A model generated the notes under the pieces. It had not been told where the DNA came from, searched no databases, and was given only the letters and a program-made list of their open reading frames with translations. Below are positions 35,901 through 48,680 of a stretch of 64,000 nt of DNA, in pieces; positions within the stretch are counted from its first letter, which is position 1, and the number at the start of each line of letters is the position of its first letter. The DNA lies in NCBI GenBank assembly GCA_002269645.1, contig NIVC01001013.1, positions 247,142 to 311,141 on the forward strand, read 5' to 3'. This stretch comes from Macrostomum lignano. Taxonomy: Eukaryota. The position numbers and the translations under genes are program-made.

Positions 35901-36190
35901 GTCTGCAGAGGCATTCCGTCGCCTCTACCGCCGCCGCCGGCGCTGCCGCCAGAGCCGCAGGTGGCTCCGGTGGAAAATCCGCCGATAGCTGAGCCGCCGC
36001 CGAGACCGACAGTCAAGTCGCTGTCGTTGCCGCAGCCGAATATGCCGCCTCCTACGCTGCTCGACATGTCGGGCATCGGGTAGCCAAACTGAGTCTGGCC
36101 AACCAAACTATGATGGTGCTGGTGGTGGTGATGATGAAGCTGAGCCTGTTGCTGATGAGTCTGAGTCTGGTAGGCTGTGTTCCAGTCCAT
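32915..36190 (-). CDS. otx: Orthodenticle/Otx K50 homeobox protein, copy B, 2 coding exons: 36190-35824, 33885-32915 (~445 aa)
   Basis: Same homeodomain exon as copy A in reverse orientation. Exon 1 (MDWNTAY...[16 protein letters not shown]) is homologous to copy A exon 1. The phase-1 intron GTGAGT...TTTGCAG (35823-33886) joins in frame. Confidence 0.92.
34705..35752. repeat. ~34-bp minisatellite (~30 copies) in the Otx B intron
   Basis: Unit AATCCGCTACCCCCGCTCCTTCAGTGAGCTGCTC. Confidence 0.93.
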
Positions 36191-36229
36191 TTCCTGCAGA
36201 AAGGTTTAGGGAGCACGAATGATTTGCTG

Positions 36230-36442
36230 TCGCTATGCTGTTGCTATGCTGTTACTATGCTGTTGCTATACTGCTGCTATGCTGCTGCTATGCTGTTACT
36301 ATGCTGATGCTATGCTGCTGCTATGCTGCTGCTATGCTGTTGCTATGCTGTTGCTATGCTGTAACTATGCTGTAACTATGCTGTAACTATGCTGTAACTA
36401 TGCTGTAACTATGCTGTAACTATGCTGTTGCTATGCTGTTGC
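36230..36442. repeat. 11-bp repeat just upstream of the Otx B ATG
   Basis: Unit TATGCTG(TTGC/CTGC/TAAC). Confidence 0.85.
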
Positions 36443-37180
36443 TAAGCCGTTGTTCATGCTCAGTATAGCAACTTCCGATTCATTTGAGCAAACTGCTTCG
36501 AAGAAAGAAAATGGCATGGCTTCGCCCTTCTCCTCTGCTAAAGAAGATCCCAATCCTGCATGCTTGCTAATCCCCTCCCGGCTCTTCTTAATCCCCTTTC
36601 TCCTACCCAAATAATTCACCCCGTCTCCCGATACAAGTTGATGAAAAATGCGTGCCTTGTCTGTCTCCCCAAGCCTCGCCTTTGCCTCGCCCTCGCCCTT
36701 GTCGTTTCCCCCCTGCTTGCCCGGTTCCAGAGCTCGCCGCCTCCTCGCCCATCGCCATTTTCGCTCATACACCATGCATTTTAGCTGCTGTTATATGCCG
36801 ACAATTCCCCATCGAGCTCGAGACCCGAGGCATGAGCTGGGGGGAATGAGACTTCCCTCTGGGAGTTGCTGGCTATCGAGTATCAGTCGAGTTGATAAAG
36901 ATGAAAAACCTGCATGGCGAGAGGCGCTGGGCATGGAAACTTTCTGGGGGAGACGAGAAATTTCGAAATTTTCTGAAATTTCCAAACTCTGATACCTACG
37001 CTTGTAAAAGAGATTGCAATGTCTTAGTGCAGCTGTGCTCACGAGGACTCACCGACTGTTGAATTTGGCTATCATTTTATCGCAGCCGTTTAACTTAGAC
37101 TTAAAGCAAGACTCGCCTCTGTTCTGAATGCTGAGCAACTATAGCTCCATCTCTCCCTGCATCCCCAGCTTCTTCGGGTA

Positions 37181-37190
37181 TTTATATAAA
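37181..37190 (-). promoter_or_regulatory. Candidate TATA box for Otx copy B upstream of a putative non-coding first exon (~37155-37053)
   Basis: TTTATATAAA lies ~130 nt upstream of a strong minus-strand donor CG|GTGAGT (37052). The matching acceptor TTTCTGCAG sits 3 nt before the ATG (36194). Confidence 0.4.
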
Positions 37191-38479
37191 ACCCATGCAG
37201 GGCCTTGGCTTACTCCTCACCCACCCACCCCAATCCTGAAGGCCTTTGAGCTGGGGCTCAAGCAGTGCTAATCTTCTGGCCCCTAATCGGTCACAAATCC
37301 CCGTGTCCCCCCTCAGACCCTTATTGAGCTCATGAATTGTGAGCAGCTAAGACCAGTCTCTAGTTGGATTGAGAAATCTTCACCTAACCAAGCCTAGCGA
37401 TAATAATTTATCCTTATTGTCTCTGAGCACAGCAGAGAGGTACGGACGGCCATTTCTGAGGAAGAAATCTGCTTCCTTATTTGCAGCTCAGCTGATTCAG
37501 GGGGGGGGGTGGGTGCCAGCGGGGGGATTATAATCCAGCTTGCAGGCCGGATTATCCTCGCATTGTGAAGGGGAAAATTTCTAAACAGCGGCTGCGGCGA
37601 GCCCTGAGGATTAGCAGGCTTACCTTGGCGTGTGCGGCAGGCGGAGTCCGAGCTGATAAACAGGGGATGCGAGCAGCTCAGGTAAGGCGGATCGGAGGAT
37701 AATGAATTAGACTGATGGGGAGCTGAAGGCTGGACTGACAGACCGCGGCAGAGTTGGCCGAGGAGAAATGCCGGTAAAAATGATTTGTGTTTTCCTGTCT
37801 TCCTGTCGAAGAAGCGAGGAGAGGATTAAGTGGGGATTTTGTGTAGGCACAAGAGGAGGCGAGAGGCGGGGAGGAGCGGGGGTCGCGGTGCGGACCAGTG
37901 GGCGCTGTTCCTTCTGTGAGGAAAGGTGTTAGGGGCGGCTGTGAGGCTCCATCGCTCAGAGCTCAGCCAATGAGGAGCCTTGGCTGAGGGAGCAGGGCTA
38001 GTCTGGTTGGCTGGCAGGGCAGCCAGCCTCTGTCTGCTCCCCTCAGCAGGTTCTGCTCCACCCAAGCAGCCCTCGGTCTGTGAAGACTTTCTAAGAAATT
38101 CCCATGAGAAATGTGTACTCGATTCTCAGAGGAGGATTGAGAAAAAATAACAAAAAATATGGCAGAATGATCAATAAAAGCTTAAGATAATGAACTATTA
38201 GCGCGTGCTTACAATCAGTATAATGTGTACTAAATATAGTTTGTAAAGAACCTTTAAGGTTTCAACTTTCGGTTGAAGCAAAAGTTCAAAGTGCACGTTA
38301 CACATATCCCGCCTTCCTATTGGGGCTTCATCTTAACTTGCTCAAAAAGATGCTGCGTTCTGCTTGGATACAAACTGAAAGAGCGAGGAACTGATTAACA
38401 GAACAATTCTCGCGCCACCGATTAAAGTCCCAGGTTCGATTCCACAAAGTAACCCCAAACAGAACAGGGCCCGCAGAGC

Positions 38480-39410
38480 AGCGCCACCAAAACGACGCCT
38501 CCAAAACGGCGCCTCAAAAAAGGCGCCCCAAAAAACGACGCCTCCAAAACGGCGCCTCAAAAAAGGCGCCCCAAAAAACGACACCTCCAAAACGGCGCCT
38601 CAAAAAAGGCGCCTCAAAAAAGGCGCCCCAAAAATGGTGATTCCAAAACGGCGTCTCAAAAAAGGCGACCCAAAAATGGCGCCTCCAAAACGGCGTCCCA
38701 GAACGGCGCCTCCAAAACGGAGCCCCAAAAACGACGCCTCCAAAACGGCGCCTTAAAAATGGCGTCTCCGAACGGCGCCCCCAAAACGGTGCCTCTAAAA
38801 CGGCGCCTCCAAAACGGCGCCCCAAAAATGGCGCCTCTGAAACGGCGCCCCCAAAACGACGACTCTAAAACGGCGCCGCTAGAACGGCACTTCCAAAACG
38901 GCGCCTCCAAAACGGCGCCCCAGAACAGCGCCTCCAAGACGGCGACTCCAAAATGGCGCCTCTAAAACGGCGCCTCCAAAACGGCGCCTCCAAAACGGAG
39001 CCCCAAAAACGACGCCTCCAAAACGGCGCCTCCAAAACGGCGCCCTAAAAACCACGTCTCTGAAATGGCACCCCAGAACAGCACCCCCAAAACGGCGCCC
39101 CAAAACGAAGCCCCCAAAACGGCGCCCCAAGATGGCGCCTCTAAAACGGCGCATCAAAACGAAGCCCCCAAAACCTCAGAACTGCACCTCTAGAACGGCG
39201 CCCCAAAACGGCACCTCTAAAACGGCGCCCCAAAACGGCGCCCCAAAACGGCGCCCCAAAACGGCGCCCCCAAAACCTCAGAACTGCACCTCTAGAACGG
39301 CGCCCCAAAACGGCACCTCTAAAACGGCGCCCCAAAACGGCGCCCCAAAACGGCGCCCCAAAACGGCGCCCCCAAAACCTCAGAACTGCACCTCTAGAAC
39401 GGCGCCCTCG
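38480..39410. repeat. Degenerate AAAACGGCGCC(C/T)C minisatellite
   Basis: Many copies of AAAACGGCGCC with local higher-order duplications. Confidence 0.9.
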
Positions 39411-40164
39411 AACACAGCGTACCTCAACCCCCCAAAACAGCAAAACACATAATAGTAAAGTTTAACAATATATAAAAACAAACAATGCTCTAAATTAGTT
39501 CAGAAACATGCTGAGCAAATTCACGCCATGAAAAATTGAGGTAATCACAGCTTGCAGTTGTATACATATAAATGCTGAATTATTTTATACTTGCCAAAAC
39601 TTTCATCCAATCAACACCTGTGCTGCATCAGATCAATTGTTAAAAGAGGAACAATAGTAATTATAGTTTTACAGTAATCTAAACACAACAATTTATGCAT
39701 AATGAATCTCCGATACAAGTATTCTATGAAAGTTCAGCATAGACGAATTATGCAATAAAACAACAATGGAACTAATATGCTGTATGTACGCTCGTAGGTG
39801 TGATGTTTGATATTCAATTCTATAATTAGTATAATTGGTGCAGAAAGCGAAGTCTATTGTCGCCTACTGTTTGTTTGGCCCAATATGAATGCTGATACTT
39901 GCATGCGGAGCAGGTGTGACAACTATAATATTATACACCGTTGTGTTCATACATAGGAGCTCACAGAAGATTTTCATGCCATATCCTAGAATTTGATTGG
40001 CCAACTTTGAAAAGTATTATATAAACTGAGCAAGAACTCCACTCTGCAAATTAATTCCCTTTTCTGCTCTGGTTTTTAAGCCTCCTTTGACATTATCCTG
40101 TTTCTGCATGATATTGCGGGCTATAGTTCTTTAGTATGAGACGCGCTGTACCCTGTCTGTACCC

Positions 40165-40890
40165 CTCTCTCTTGACTCTTATCGCTCTCTACCCCTCTCT
40201 CTTATCGCTCTCTACCTCTCTCTCTTATCGCTCTCTACCTCTCTCTCTTATCGCTCTCTACCCCTCTCTCTTATCGCTCTCTACCCCTCTCTCTTATCGC
40301 TCTCTACCCCTCTCTCTTATCGCTCTCTACCCCTCTCTCTTATCGCTCTCTACCCCTCTCTCTTATCGCTCTCTACCCCTCTCTCTTATCGCTCTCTACC
40401 CCTCTCTCTTATCGCTCTCTACCCCTCTCTCTTATCGCTCTCTACCCCTCTCTCTTATCGCTCTCTACCCCTCTCTCTTATCGCTCTCTACCCCTCTCTC
40501 TTATCGCTCTCTACCTCTCTCTCTTATCGCTCTCTACCCCTCTCTCTTATCGCTCTCTACCCCTCTCTCTTATCGCTCTCTACCCCTCTCTCTTATCGCT
40601 CTCTACCTCTCTCTCTTATCGCTCTCTACCCCTCTCTCTTATCGCTCTCTACCCCTCTCTCTTATCGCTCTCTACCTCTCTCTCTTATCGCTCTCTACCC
40701 CTCTCTCTTATCGCTCTCTACCACTCTCTCTTATCGCTCTCTACCTCTCTCTCTTATCGCTCTCTACCCCTCTCTCTTATCGCTCTCTACCCCTCTCTCT
40801 TATCGCTCTCTACCCCTCTCTCTTATCGCTCTCTACCTCTCTCTCTTATCGCTCTCTACCCCTCTCTCTTATCGCTCTCTACCCCTCTTT
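40165..40890. repeat. 23-bp CT-rich minisatellite
   Basis: Unit CTCTCTCTTATCGCTCTCTACC(C/T). Confidence 0.93.
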
Positions 40891-41614
40891 CTCATCTCTT
40901 CCTCCAGGCCTCCTTTTCGGTCGATGAGTCTCAGCGAGCCCCTCGCCTGTTGCCGGCAAGCTGCAGGCTGCACAAACCCCCGGTGCACCGAATAAAGACT
41001 CCCAGCTCGCCTGTCTCCTCGGTCCTGTTTAGGTTGCGAAATCCCGCTGCGACCTTTGATGGACAGGTCGATTATATTGGACTCAAAAAGACTTGGATAC
41101 TGACCGGCAATATTTAATACTTGTTTGGGTGCTCAGGATCAAGGAGTCTCACTTTCCTCTGCTTTATAATGACCCCTCGCCTCATCAACTTTGAGTATTA
41201 AATTGCAGATTGAAGGGGTCAACATCTGTGAGCAATTATCTCCTGTAGATCTGAGGAAGAAGTCACAGGACACTGGGGAGTATCCGGGTCTTTCAACTCC
41301 CCATTTTGTGCGCTCCGCATGCCAACAAGAATATTTCCCATTTTCACGGCCCAGAGAGCACCATAATATCTCAGACTCTATTAGATAGTTTGTAGCCTCC
41401 AAGAGCTTGGCCTGCAATTTGCACTTTATCATCATCCGGTCCTGCTGTGCGACCCACGCGGTATCCAAGACTGCGGCGACATTTGGGAATCATGCCGAGT
41501 TTCTTTTGTTTAAGTTTTGCAAAAAATTATCCCATAACCATAGGGGGTGATTCATGTGAATTGCAATATTGAGTCAACAATAATGATCACGTGATCCACC
41601 GACTCAGTGTTTAC

Positions 41615-43030
41615 GATCTGGAGAGATTTAGGGGAGGTCTGAGGGTGAGACTGATCTGGGGAGATTTAGGGGAGGTCTGAGGGTGAGACTGATCTGGAGA
41701 GATTTAGGGGAGGTCTGAGGGTGAGACTGATCTGGAGAGATTTAGGGGAGGTCTGAGGGTGAGATTGATCTGGAGAGATTTAGGGGAGGTCTGAGGGTGA
41801 GATTGATCTGGAGAGATAGGAGAGGTCTGAGGGTGAGATTGATCTGGAGAGATAGGAGAGGTCTGAGGGTGAGATTGATCTGGAGAGACTCAGGAGAAGG
41901 GTGAGATTGATCTGGAGAGATAGGAGAGGTCTGAGGGTGAGATTGATCTGGAGAGACTCAGGAGAAGGGTGAGATTGATCTGGAGAGATAGGAGAGGTCT
42001 GAGGGTGAGATTGATCTGGAGAGACTCGGGAGAAGGGTGAGATTGATCCTGGAGAGACTCAGGAGAAGGGGGAGATTGATCACGGAGAGACTCAGGAGAA
42101 GGGGGAGATTGATCATGGAGAGACTCAGGAGAAGGGGAAGATTGATCACGGAGAGACTCGGGAGAAGGAGGAGATTTATCCTGGAGAGACTCGGGAGAAG
42201 GAGGAGATTAATCTGGAGAGACTCAGGAGAAGGGTGAGATTGATCATGGAGAGACTCAGGAGAAGGGTGAGATTGATCTGGAGAGACTCAGGAGAAGGGT
42301 GAGATTGATCCTGGAGAGACTCAGGAGAAGGGTGAGATTGATCTGGAGAGACTCAGGAGAAGGGTGAGATTGATCTGGAGAGACTCAGGAGAAGGGTGAG
42401 ATTGATCTGGAGAGACTCAGGAGAAGGGGGAGATTGATCCTGGAGAGACTCAGGAGAAGGGTGAGATTGATCATGGAGAGACTCAGGAGAAGGGTGAGAT
42501 TGATCCTGGAGAGACTCAGGAGAAGGGTGAGATTGATCATGGAGAGACTCAGGAGAAGGGTGAGATTGATCTGGAGAGACTCAGGAGAAGGGTGAGATTG
42601 ATCTGGAGAGACTCAGGAGAAGGGTGAGATTGATCTGGAGAGACTCAGGAGAAGGGTGAGATTGATCCTGGAGAGACTCAGGAGAAGGGTGAGATTGATC
42701 TGGAGAGACTCAGGAGAAGGGTGAGATTGATCTGGAGAGACTCAGGAGAAGGGTGAGATTGATCTGGAGAGACTCAGGAGAAGGGTGAGATTGATCCTGG
42801 AGAGACTCAGGAGAAGGGTGAGATTGATCTGGAGAGACTCAGGAGAAGGGTGAGATTGATCTGGAGAGACTCAGGAGAAGGGGGAGATTGATCTGGAGAG
42901 ACTCAGGAGAAGGGTGAGATTGATCATGGAGAGACTCAGGAGAAGGGTGAGATTGATCTGGAGAGACTCAGGAGAAGGGTGAGATTGATCTGGAGAGACT
43001 CAGGAGAAGGGTGAGATTGATCTGGAGAGA
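41615..43030. repeat. 38-bp to 32-bp GA-rich minisatellite
   Basis: GAGACTGATCTGGAGAGATTTAGGGGAGGTCTGAGGGT grading into GAGATTGATCTGGAGAGACTCAGGAGAAGGGT. Confidence 0.92.
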
Positions 43031-43669
43031 CTCGAGTAGTGAAATCTACCTTAAATTTATCATCGACAATGCATGCAAAGGGGAACGCTCTATAGGTCTG
43101 TCAGCGGATACCTTGCGAAATAGATCTGATGCATATCTGCAAATCATGAGCTCCCTAAACCTTGGGAGAGCTCTCCCCATGCTGTCCACCCACCTTCAGC
43201 CGCGGCGTGACGAGATGCTCCTCCCACTTGTCCCACAGAGATTTATAACGACTGCCGGCCTGACCAAATGCTTGATTGCGATATGAAACTCCGGCCAACG
43301 CACAGAAGGGACAATTAGCCTTATGCCGTTTGGGACATAATGACGGCCAAGATTGTAATGGGGGGATGGGGACGGGCGGAAAGAGGATTAAAAATTCCCA
43401 CAATCCCCTGATGGGACATGCGGCGGACTGTTAGGAACTGATGACAGGTCTGTCTGATTCTCTGCAGTGTTTGAGATTTGAAAATCTAAATATACTGATA
43501 AGCCAACGGCCTAATTACTGTTTGAACTTGAGTTGCGCTGGGCCACAACAGCCTTGGCATAGCGGCATCGAGATATTGAATATTGCACCTATGGCCCTCG
43601 CTTTCACAATCTCAGTCTCTGTATGCACACCATTCTCAACTCCCCCTCTGTGCATCTCACCTCTCTATC

Positions 43670-44175
43670 TCACTCCATCTCACCTCTGTATCTCACTCCA
43701 CCCCACCTCTCTATCTCATTCCAACCCACCTCTGTATCTCACTGCACACCCCACCTCTGTATCTCACTCCATCTCACCTCTGTATCTCACTCCATCTCAC
43801 CTCTGTATCTCACTCCATCTCACCTCTGTATCTCACTCCATCTCACCTCTGTATCTCACTCCATCTCACCTCTGTATCTCACTCCATCTCACCTCTGTAT
43901 CTCACTCCATCTCACCTCTGTATCTCACTCCATCTCACCTCTGTATCTCACTCCATCTCACCTCTGTATCTCACTCCATCTCACCTCTGTATCTCACTCC
44001 ATCTCACCTCTGTATCTCACTCCATCTCACCTCTGTATCTCACTCCATCTCACCTCTGTATCTCACTCCATCTCACCTCTGTATCTCACTCCATCTCACC
44101 TCTGTATCTCACTCCATCTCACCTCTGTATCTCACTCCATCTCACCTCTGTATCTCACTCCATCTCACCTCTCTA
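43670..44175. repeat. 23-bp minisatellite
   Basis: Unit TCTGTATCTCACTCCATCTCACC. Confidence 0.93.
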
Positions 44176-45029
44176 TCTCAGTCAATTTCACCTCTAAATC
44201 TCCCTCCTTCATCCCCATCTCGCCGTCTCTAGCCGCGCACTCAGACCCACAGCTCGCCATCGCAGACAGCCTTAGCAACCCTCAATACTCGCCCTTATTG
44301 CGGCGCCAGATGCCAGAGCAAACAGCAAACCATTGGAGCCCCCAGCTCAGTGCTGGCAGCCACCGCAACCACCCTGTTTGTCCGTGAGTAAGTAGCAGGT
44401 TGCACATTTTCTTTGAGTAGCCTCTGGCCACTTTCTCTCCTCCCTACCAACTCTCAGAATCTTCTCTCTCCTTCATCATAGTAATACTCGAGCTAAAAGC
44501 CGAACAGCAATCTGGGGGAAATTCTCTCACGCCGGAGCTGAGCAAACTCAAGCTGTGCGCCCGGTTTTCTGGGGACTGAAAAGAGAAACTCGCTAGCGGT
44601 TCCTCATCCTCAGCATCCGCCGCCCGAGGTGCTAAGTGGCTCCGGCAAACACCCAGCTAGTGGACACTCTGTCTGCTTGTCTGCTTGTCTGTCTGTCTCT
44701 CTGTCTGTCTGTCTGCCTATTCGCCCCGAGGCCAGGGATTTCGGCTGTGCACACAGACAGGCAAGGCGCAGGGCCTCCTCAACAATCAGAGAACACAAGA
44801 GAGAGGGGCCTTTAGGGCCTTTTTAAAAATGAAAATATTAAAAAGAAATTTAGCATTCAGAAGACTGTTAAATAGATCTCTCATAACTGGAGCTGTAACA
44901 TATTGTCCAAATTCTCTGGGGCAAATGGGCACTGAAACGTAAATGTGTAGAAAGTAGCGAAATCTACTCAGAAACTGCTCAAAAAGTGAGCTCAATGTAC
45001 TAATGTGTGCGCTCTGTGCGAGAGGTGAA

Positions 45030-45275
45030 GAGTAAAGAGGTGGAGAATAGAGAAGTGGAGAGTAGAGAGGTGGAGAGTAGAGAGAGGTGGAGAGTAGAGA
45101 GAGGTGGAGAGTAGAGAGAGGTGGAGAGTAGAGAGAGGTGGAGAGTAGAGAAGTGGAGAGTAGAGAGAGGTGGAGAGTAGAGAGAGGTGGAGAGTAGAGA
45201 GAGGTGGAGAGTAGAGAAGTGGAGAGTAGGGAGAGGGGGAGAGTAGAGAGAGGGGGAGAGTAGAGAGAGGAGAGT
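45030..45275. repeat. GA-rich short-unit repeat
   Basis: Unit GTGGAGAGTAGAGA(GA)G. Confidence 0.85.
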
Positions 45276-45989
45276 AGAGAGGGAGGTGGAGTGAGTAAAG
45301 GCGAGAAAACGGAGATTTGAGCGAGAAAATATTTAAAAAGGCAAAAATGGAGTGGAATAAAATATAAAAAGATAAGATAAGAGATCCAAGCTATGGAGGC
45401 GCACAAATGCATGACTAATCTAATAATATTTATGTAACTCTATAAGTTATTAAAAGCATTGTTTCAAGACATCCGTCGATTCAGCCTAAAAAAGTTAAGC
45501 CTCAACCAGTGACGGAACAGGCAGGCTATGAATGGCAAAGGTTAGCATTGTCTCAGGTAATTTCACCTACAGTAGTGTATAATACTGTTAAGGTCCCAAA
45601 CTCCGTCAGCTTCACTCAAAGCATCATCTTGCTGTGCCTGTTTGCCAAGACAGTCGCGGCCATCTGTTCCTGTCTCTGGGCGGAACTGGGATCGCATTTC
45701 GGCCGGCGGTGGGGCACTCGGACTCGGAGAGACAATCAAGTGGACAGCGGAGCACCCTGGGCAGTCACTAATTACATCCGCACCGGCTCTTGACACGCGC
45801 TATCGAGTTCACAAAAACTTATTGAAGCCTTGGGTTGCATGGCAGAGTGTGTTGCCTGAGTGTGTGTGTGTGTGTGTGTGTGCTGCCTCATCAAAGTTTT
45901 ATCAATCGTTTCTGCACACCAAAAGTCGCAGGCCAACTACAGGGGGGAGATGGAAGCTATAGGAGCTGATCTTGATAGTCCTCGGAAAT

Positions 45990-46470
45990 CAAGGTGGGAG
46001 ATTAGATAGAAGGAGAGAGATCAGAGAGATCAGAAGAGAGAGATTAGATGGCAGGGGAGAGAGAGGTTAGATGGCAGGAGAGAAATTAGATGGTAGGAGA
46101 GAGATTAGATGGAAGGAGAGAGAGATTAGATGGAGAGAGAAATCAAATGAAAGGAGAGAGATCAGATGGAACGAGGAAGATCAGATGAAAGGAGAGGGAT
46201 TAAATGGAAGAAGAGAGATTATATGGAAGGAGGGAGATCAGATGGAAGGTGAGAGAGAGAATAGATGAAAGGAGGGAGATCAGACGGAAGGAGGGAGATC
46301 AGATGGAAGGAGGGAGATGAGATGGAAGGAGGGAGATTAAATGGGAGGAGAGAGATCAGATGGGAGGAGGGAGATCAGATGGGAGGAGGGAGATCAGATG
46401 GAAGGAGGGAGATCAGATGGGAGGAGAGAGATCAGATGGGAGGAGGGAGATCAGATGGAAGGAGGGAGAT
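45990..46470. repeat. Degenerate GA-rich repeat
   Basis: Recurring GAGATCAGATGGAAGGAGG. Confidence 0.8.
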
Positions 46471-47397
46471 GAGACACAGCACAGCAGATCGGCAGTTCAA
46501 GGATGGAAACTAATCGCTGTTTCATTACACTGGAACCAATTTTCACATTGCCGGATTAAATCTTCATTTTTCTGTTCCCAACAGTGACGACTTCCCCTTC
46601 GATTTCAAGATTAAGACAACAAACTGCAAACCCACGAGGAGATTAATATCTCGATAAGAGAGTGTCAAACCAATTCGGGTTACCAAGGCTGCAAATCTAT
46701 CCGACTAATCATGCTATTAGAAATACAGTTAATTTTCACATAGAAATATTTCACTTGAAAATGCAGAACTTTTGACCAAAAGTTCGGTTTGCTCCCTCAG
46801 TTTATAATTACTCAACATTCGAGCTACTCGCTCCCTTCACCCTCCCGCTGCGGTGGCCTTATCGAGTTGGGAAGGGAAGTGTCTGCAGGGTAAATATTGA
46901 TCCCACAGGCAATTTGACTTATATTCAATACTTGCCAATGCCTGCAATAGAAATTCGTGTTTGCTAAAGAAGTTCGGTTGAAAAAAAGCTTCATATAATG
47001 CAGGTGTGCTGGGAAGACTTGTCACCTACACGAACTGATTGTTGAATGGCTATTTAGTCTAATCCAATATTGCAAGCGGGTTCGTGCTGGGTTTTTTTAG
47101 GGGAGGGGTGGTGGGCGGAGTAGTCTGTAAATAAATCCCCTTAACACCAGGCCGCTCACAGAGCCTGGAGGCGTTGTGGAAAGTCCGCAGTGCCCTCCCC
47201 CCTGCTGGCACACTTTGTCCATTGTTGGCTAAGGTGTTGCGTACATTGATTTCTTCATGAAGGTGATGGAACACAAGACCAAGCAAAGGGGCGAAGTTGC
47301 TTTAAAAGTGACTGGCAAAATAATAGCCTAAAAAATGGCGATTTTAGGCTTTTTGATCTGATTGCGCCCTTCTTTCAGGGTACAAGAACAGCGTCTA

Positions 47398-47830
47398 TTG
47401 TTCAGGGTGGCGCGTCTAATTGTTCAGGGTGGCGCCTTATTGTTCAGGGTGGCGCCTGATTGTTCAGGGTGGCGCCTACGTGTTCAGGGTGGCGCCTGAT
47501 TGTTCAGGGTGGCGCGTCTAATTGTTCAGGGTGGCGCCTAATTGTTTATTGTGCGCCTAATTGTTCAGGGTGGCGCCTAATTGTTCATTGTGCGCCTAAT
47601 TGTTCAGGGTGGCGCCTAAGTGTTCATTGTGCGCTTAAGTGTTCATTGTGCGCCTAATTGTTCAGGGTGGCGCCTAAGTGTTCATTGTGCGCCTAAGTGT
47701 TCATTGTGCGCCTAATTGTTCAGGATGGCGCCTAGTTATTCAGGAAGGCGGTCAGTATTCTGGAAGGCGTCTAATTTCTTAAACTGGTGCCTAATTGTTC
47801 AGGTAGTGCCTGATTGTTCAGGATGGCTCC
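47398..47830. repeat. 20-bp minisatellite
   Basis: TTGTTCAGGGTGGCGCCTAA alternating with TTGTTCATTGTGCGCCTAA. Confidence 0.88.
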
Positions 47831-48414
47831 TGATTGTTCAGTTGAGCTTTCTGGGGCGTCACTGAGCCAGGCAGGCAAAAGACAACAGTCATAAAAGCAG
47901 AAAAATCTATCTAATTTGAGCAGCAGATGGCAGCAGAGGCCAATCGCAAATCTGTAAGCAAAATCTTCCAATCTGCACCTTGGGCCCCGACAGCAGATCT
48001 TCGCATCCGATACGAGCAACACGGGGGCTTTCGCACTGTCTCATATTTTCTGGCCCTTAACTAACCATTCAAGCAACAGAACGTCTACTATTATTGCTCA
48101 TCCTAGTCATGAAAGAGGATCCGCCTTCCCCCACACTCTCAGCAGCAGCCGCCACCCCCCCCCCCCTGCATTCCGTCGGTTCTCCCAGGTGAATGGAAAA
48201 GATTTTTTTCTCTCTCTCCGTCACTTTCACGCGACAAAGACAGGGGGAGGGAGGCGACTCACGCAGATTGAGCAATTAATGCTCTGGACTGGCTTGCCAT
48301 GGACATCTAATAATAGAGCATCTGGAAAGGAAACTGTCGAAACTGGCGAAGCCACTCGAGTCCTTTGAAACTTCACAATAATAGCAATCCGACCCGCTCA
48401 AGGTTTGTGTCTCT

Positions 48415-48680
48415 TCTCAGCTCTCTTCTCTTTTTTCTCCTCTCTCTTCTATCTCCCTTTACTCTCCTCTCCTCTTCCCTCTTCTCTATCCTCTCCCCTC
48501 TCCTCTCTCCTCTCGTCGCTCTCTCTCCCATCATCTCTCTCTTATCTCCTTTCTCCCCTCCTCTCCCATCTCCTCTCTCCTCTCCACTCTCCTCTCTCAT
48601 CTGCCCTCTCTTTTCTCTCCCCTTATCTCCCCGCTCCTCTAATCTCGCCTCTCCCCCTCTCTACTCTTTCCTCTCCTCTC
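48415..48680. repeat. CT-rich low-complexity tract
   Basis: Pyrimidine-rich CTCTC runs. Confidence 0.8.
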
